Shown in pieces: positions 63,943-64,000 of a stretch of 64,000 bases of DNA (the stretch's first letter is position 1; each line of letters begins with the position of its first letter). Source of the DNA: an uncultured virus (IMG/VR IMGVR_UViG_2568526301_000001) (Duplodnaviria > Heunggongvirae > Uroviricota > Caudoviricetes); the IMG/VR virus record IMGVR_UViG_2568526301_000001; one strand, given 5' to 3'. The notes under the pieces were generated by a model. The model was not told the DNA's origin. It made no database searches and saw nothing but the letters and a program-made list of their open reading frames with translations. The translations under genes were made by a program, and so were the position numbers.

Positions 63943-64000
63943 AGCTCTGGCCCACGCTTGGCGTCGCTTTCCTTCTGATTGCCGGATGGGGAACATCCAT

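Larger units (their letters stand above)
34474..64000. mobile_element. P2-like phage genome (continues beyond window)
   Basis: Tail, ogr, int, C/cox, A, Q-P-O-N-M-L-X and lysis genes recognisable. Confidence 0.96.

Overview
The window is a mosaic of an IS26-shuffled enterobacterial multidrug-resistance plasmid (1-34473) and a P2-like (Peduoviridae) phage genome (34474-64000). The plasmid part carries aac(6')-Ib-cr, blaOXA-1, a truncated catB3, aac(3)-II and tmrB. It also has an F-type repE (FIA-like) replicon between two decayed IS1 copies, an IncN-derived block (stbA, oriT, truncated traK, class 1 integron with dfrA14, IS6100, EcoRII R-M) and a second iteron replicon with parA/parG. An IS911-like element contains both a group II intron and an IS110 element whose leader shows bridge/seekRNA-like guide segments. 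The phage appears to be in its circular configuration (attP-like and cos-like sites both internal) and opened by IS26 in its invertible tail-fibre region. The best candidate for an undescribed system is a three-gene AT-rich operon in the P2 defence hotspot (53662-56189): GHKL-type kinase/ATPase, STAS-like protein and membrane protein. Other notable items are a small ORF / terminator / nucleotidyltransferase module (6559-7827), a C4/CI-type antisense RNA switch, a Mu com/GATC-like control region driving a DNA methyltransferase, and a canonical C2H2 zinc-finger protein. All family assignments come from motif recognition by eye; no database searches were run.
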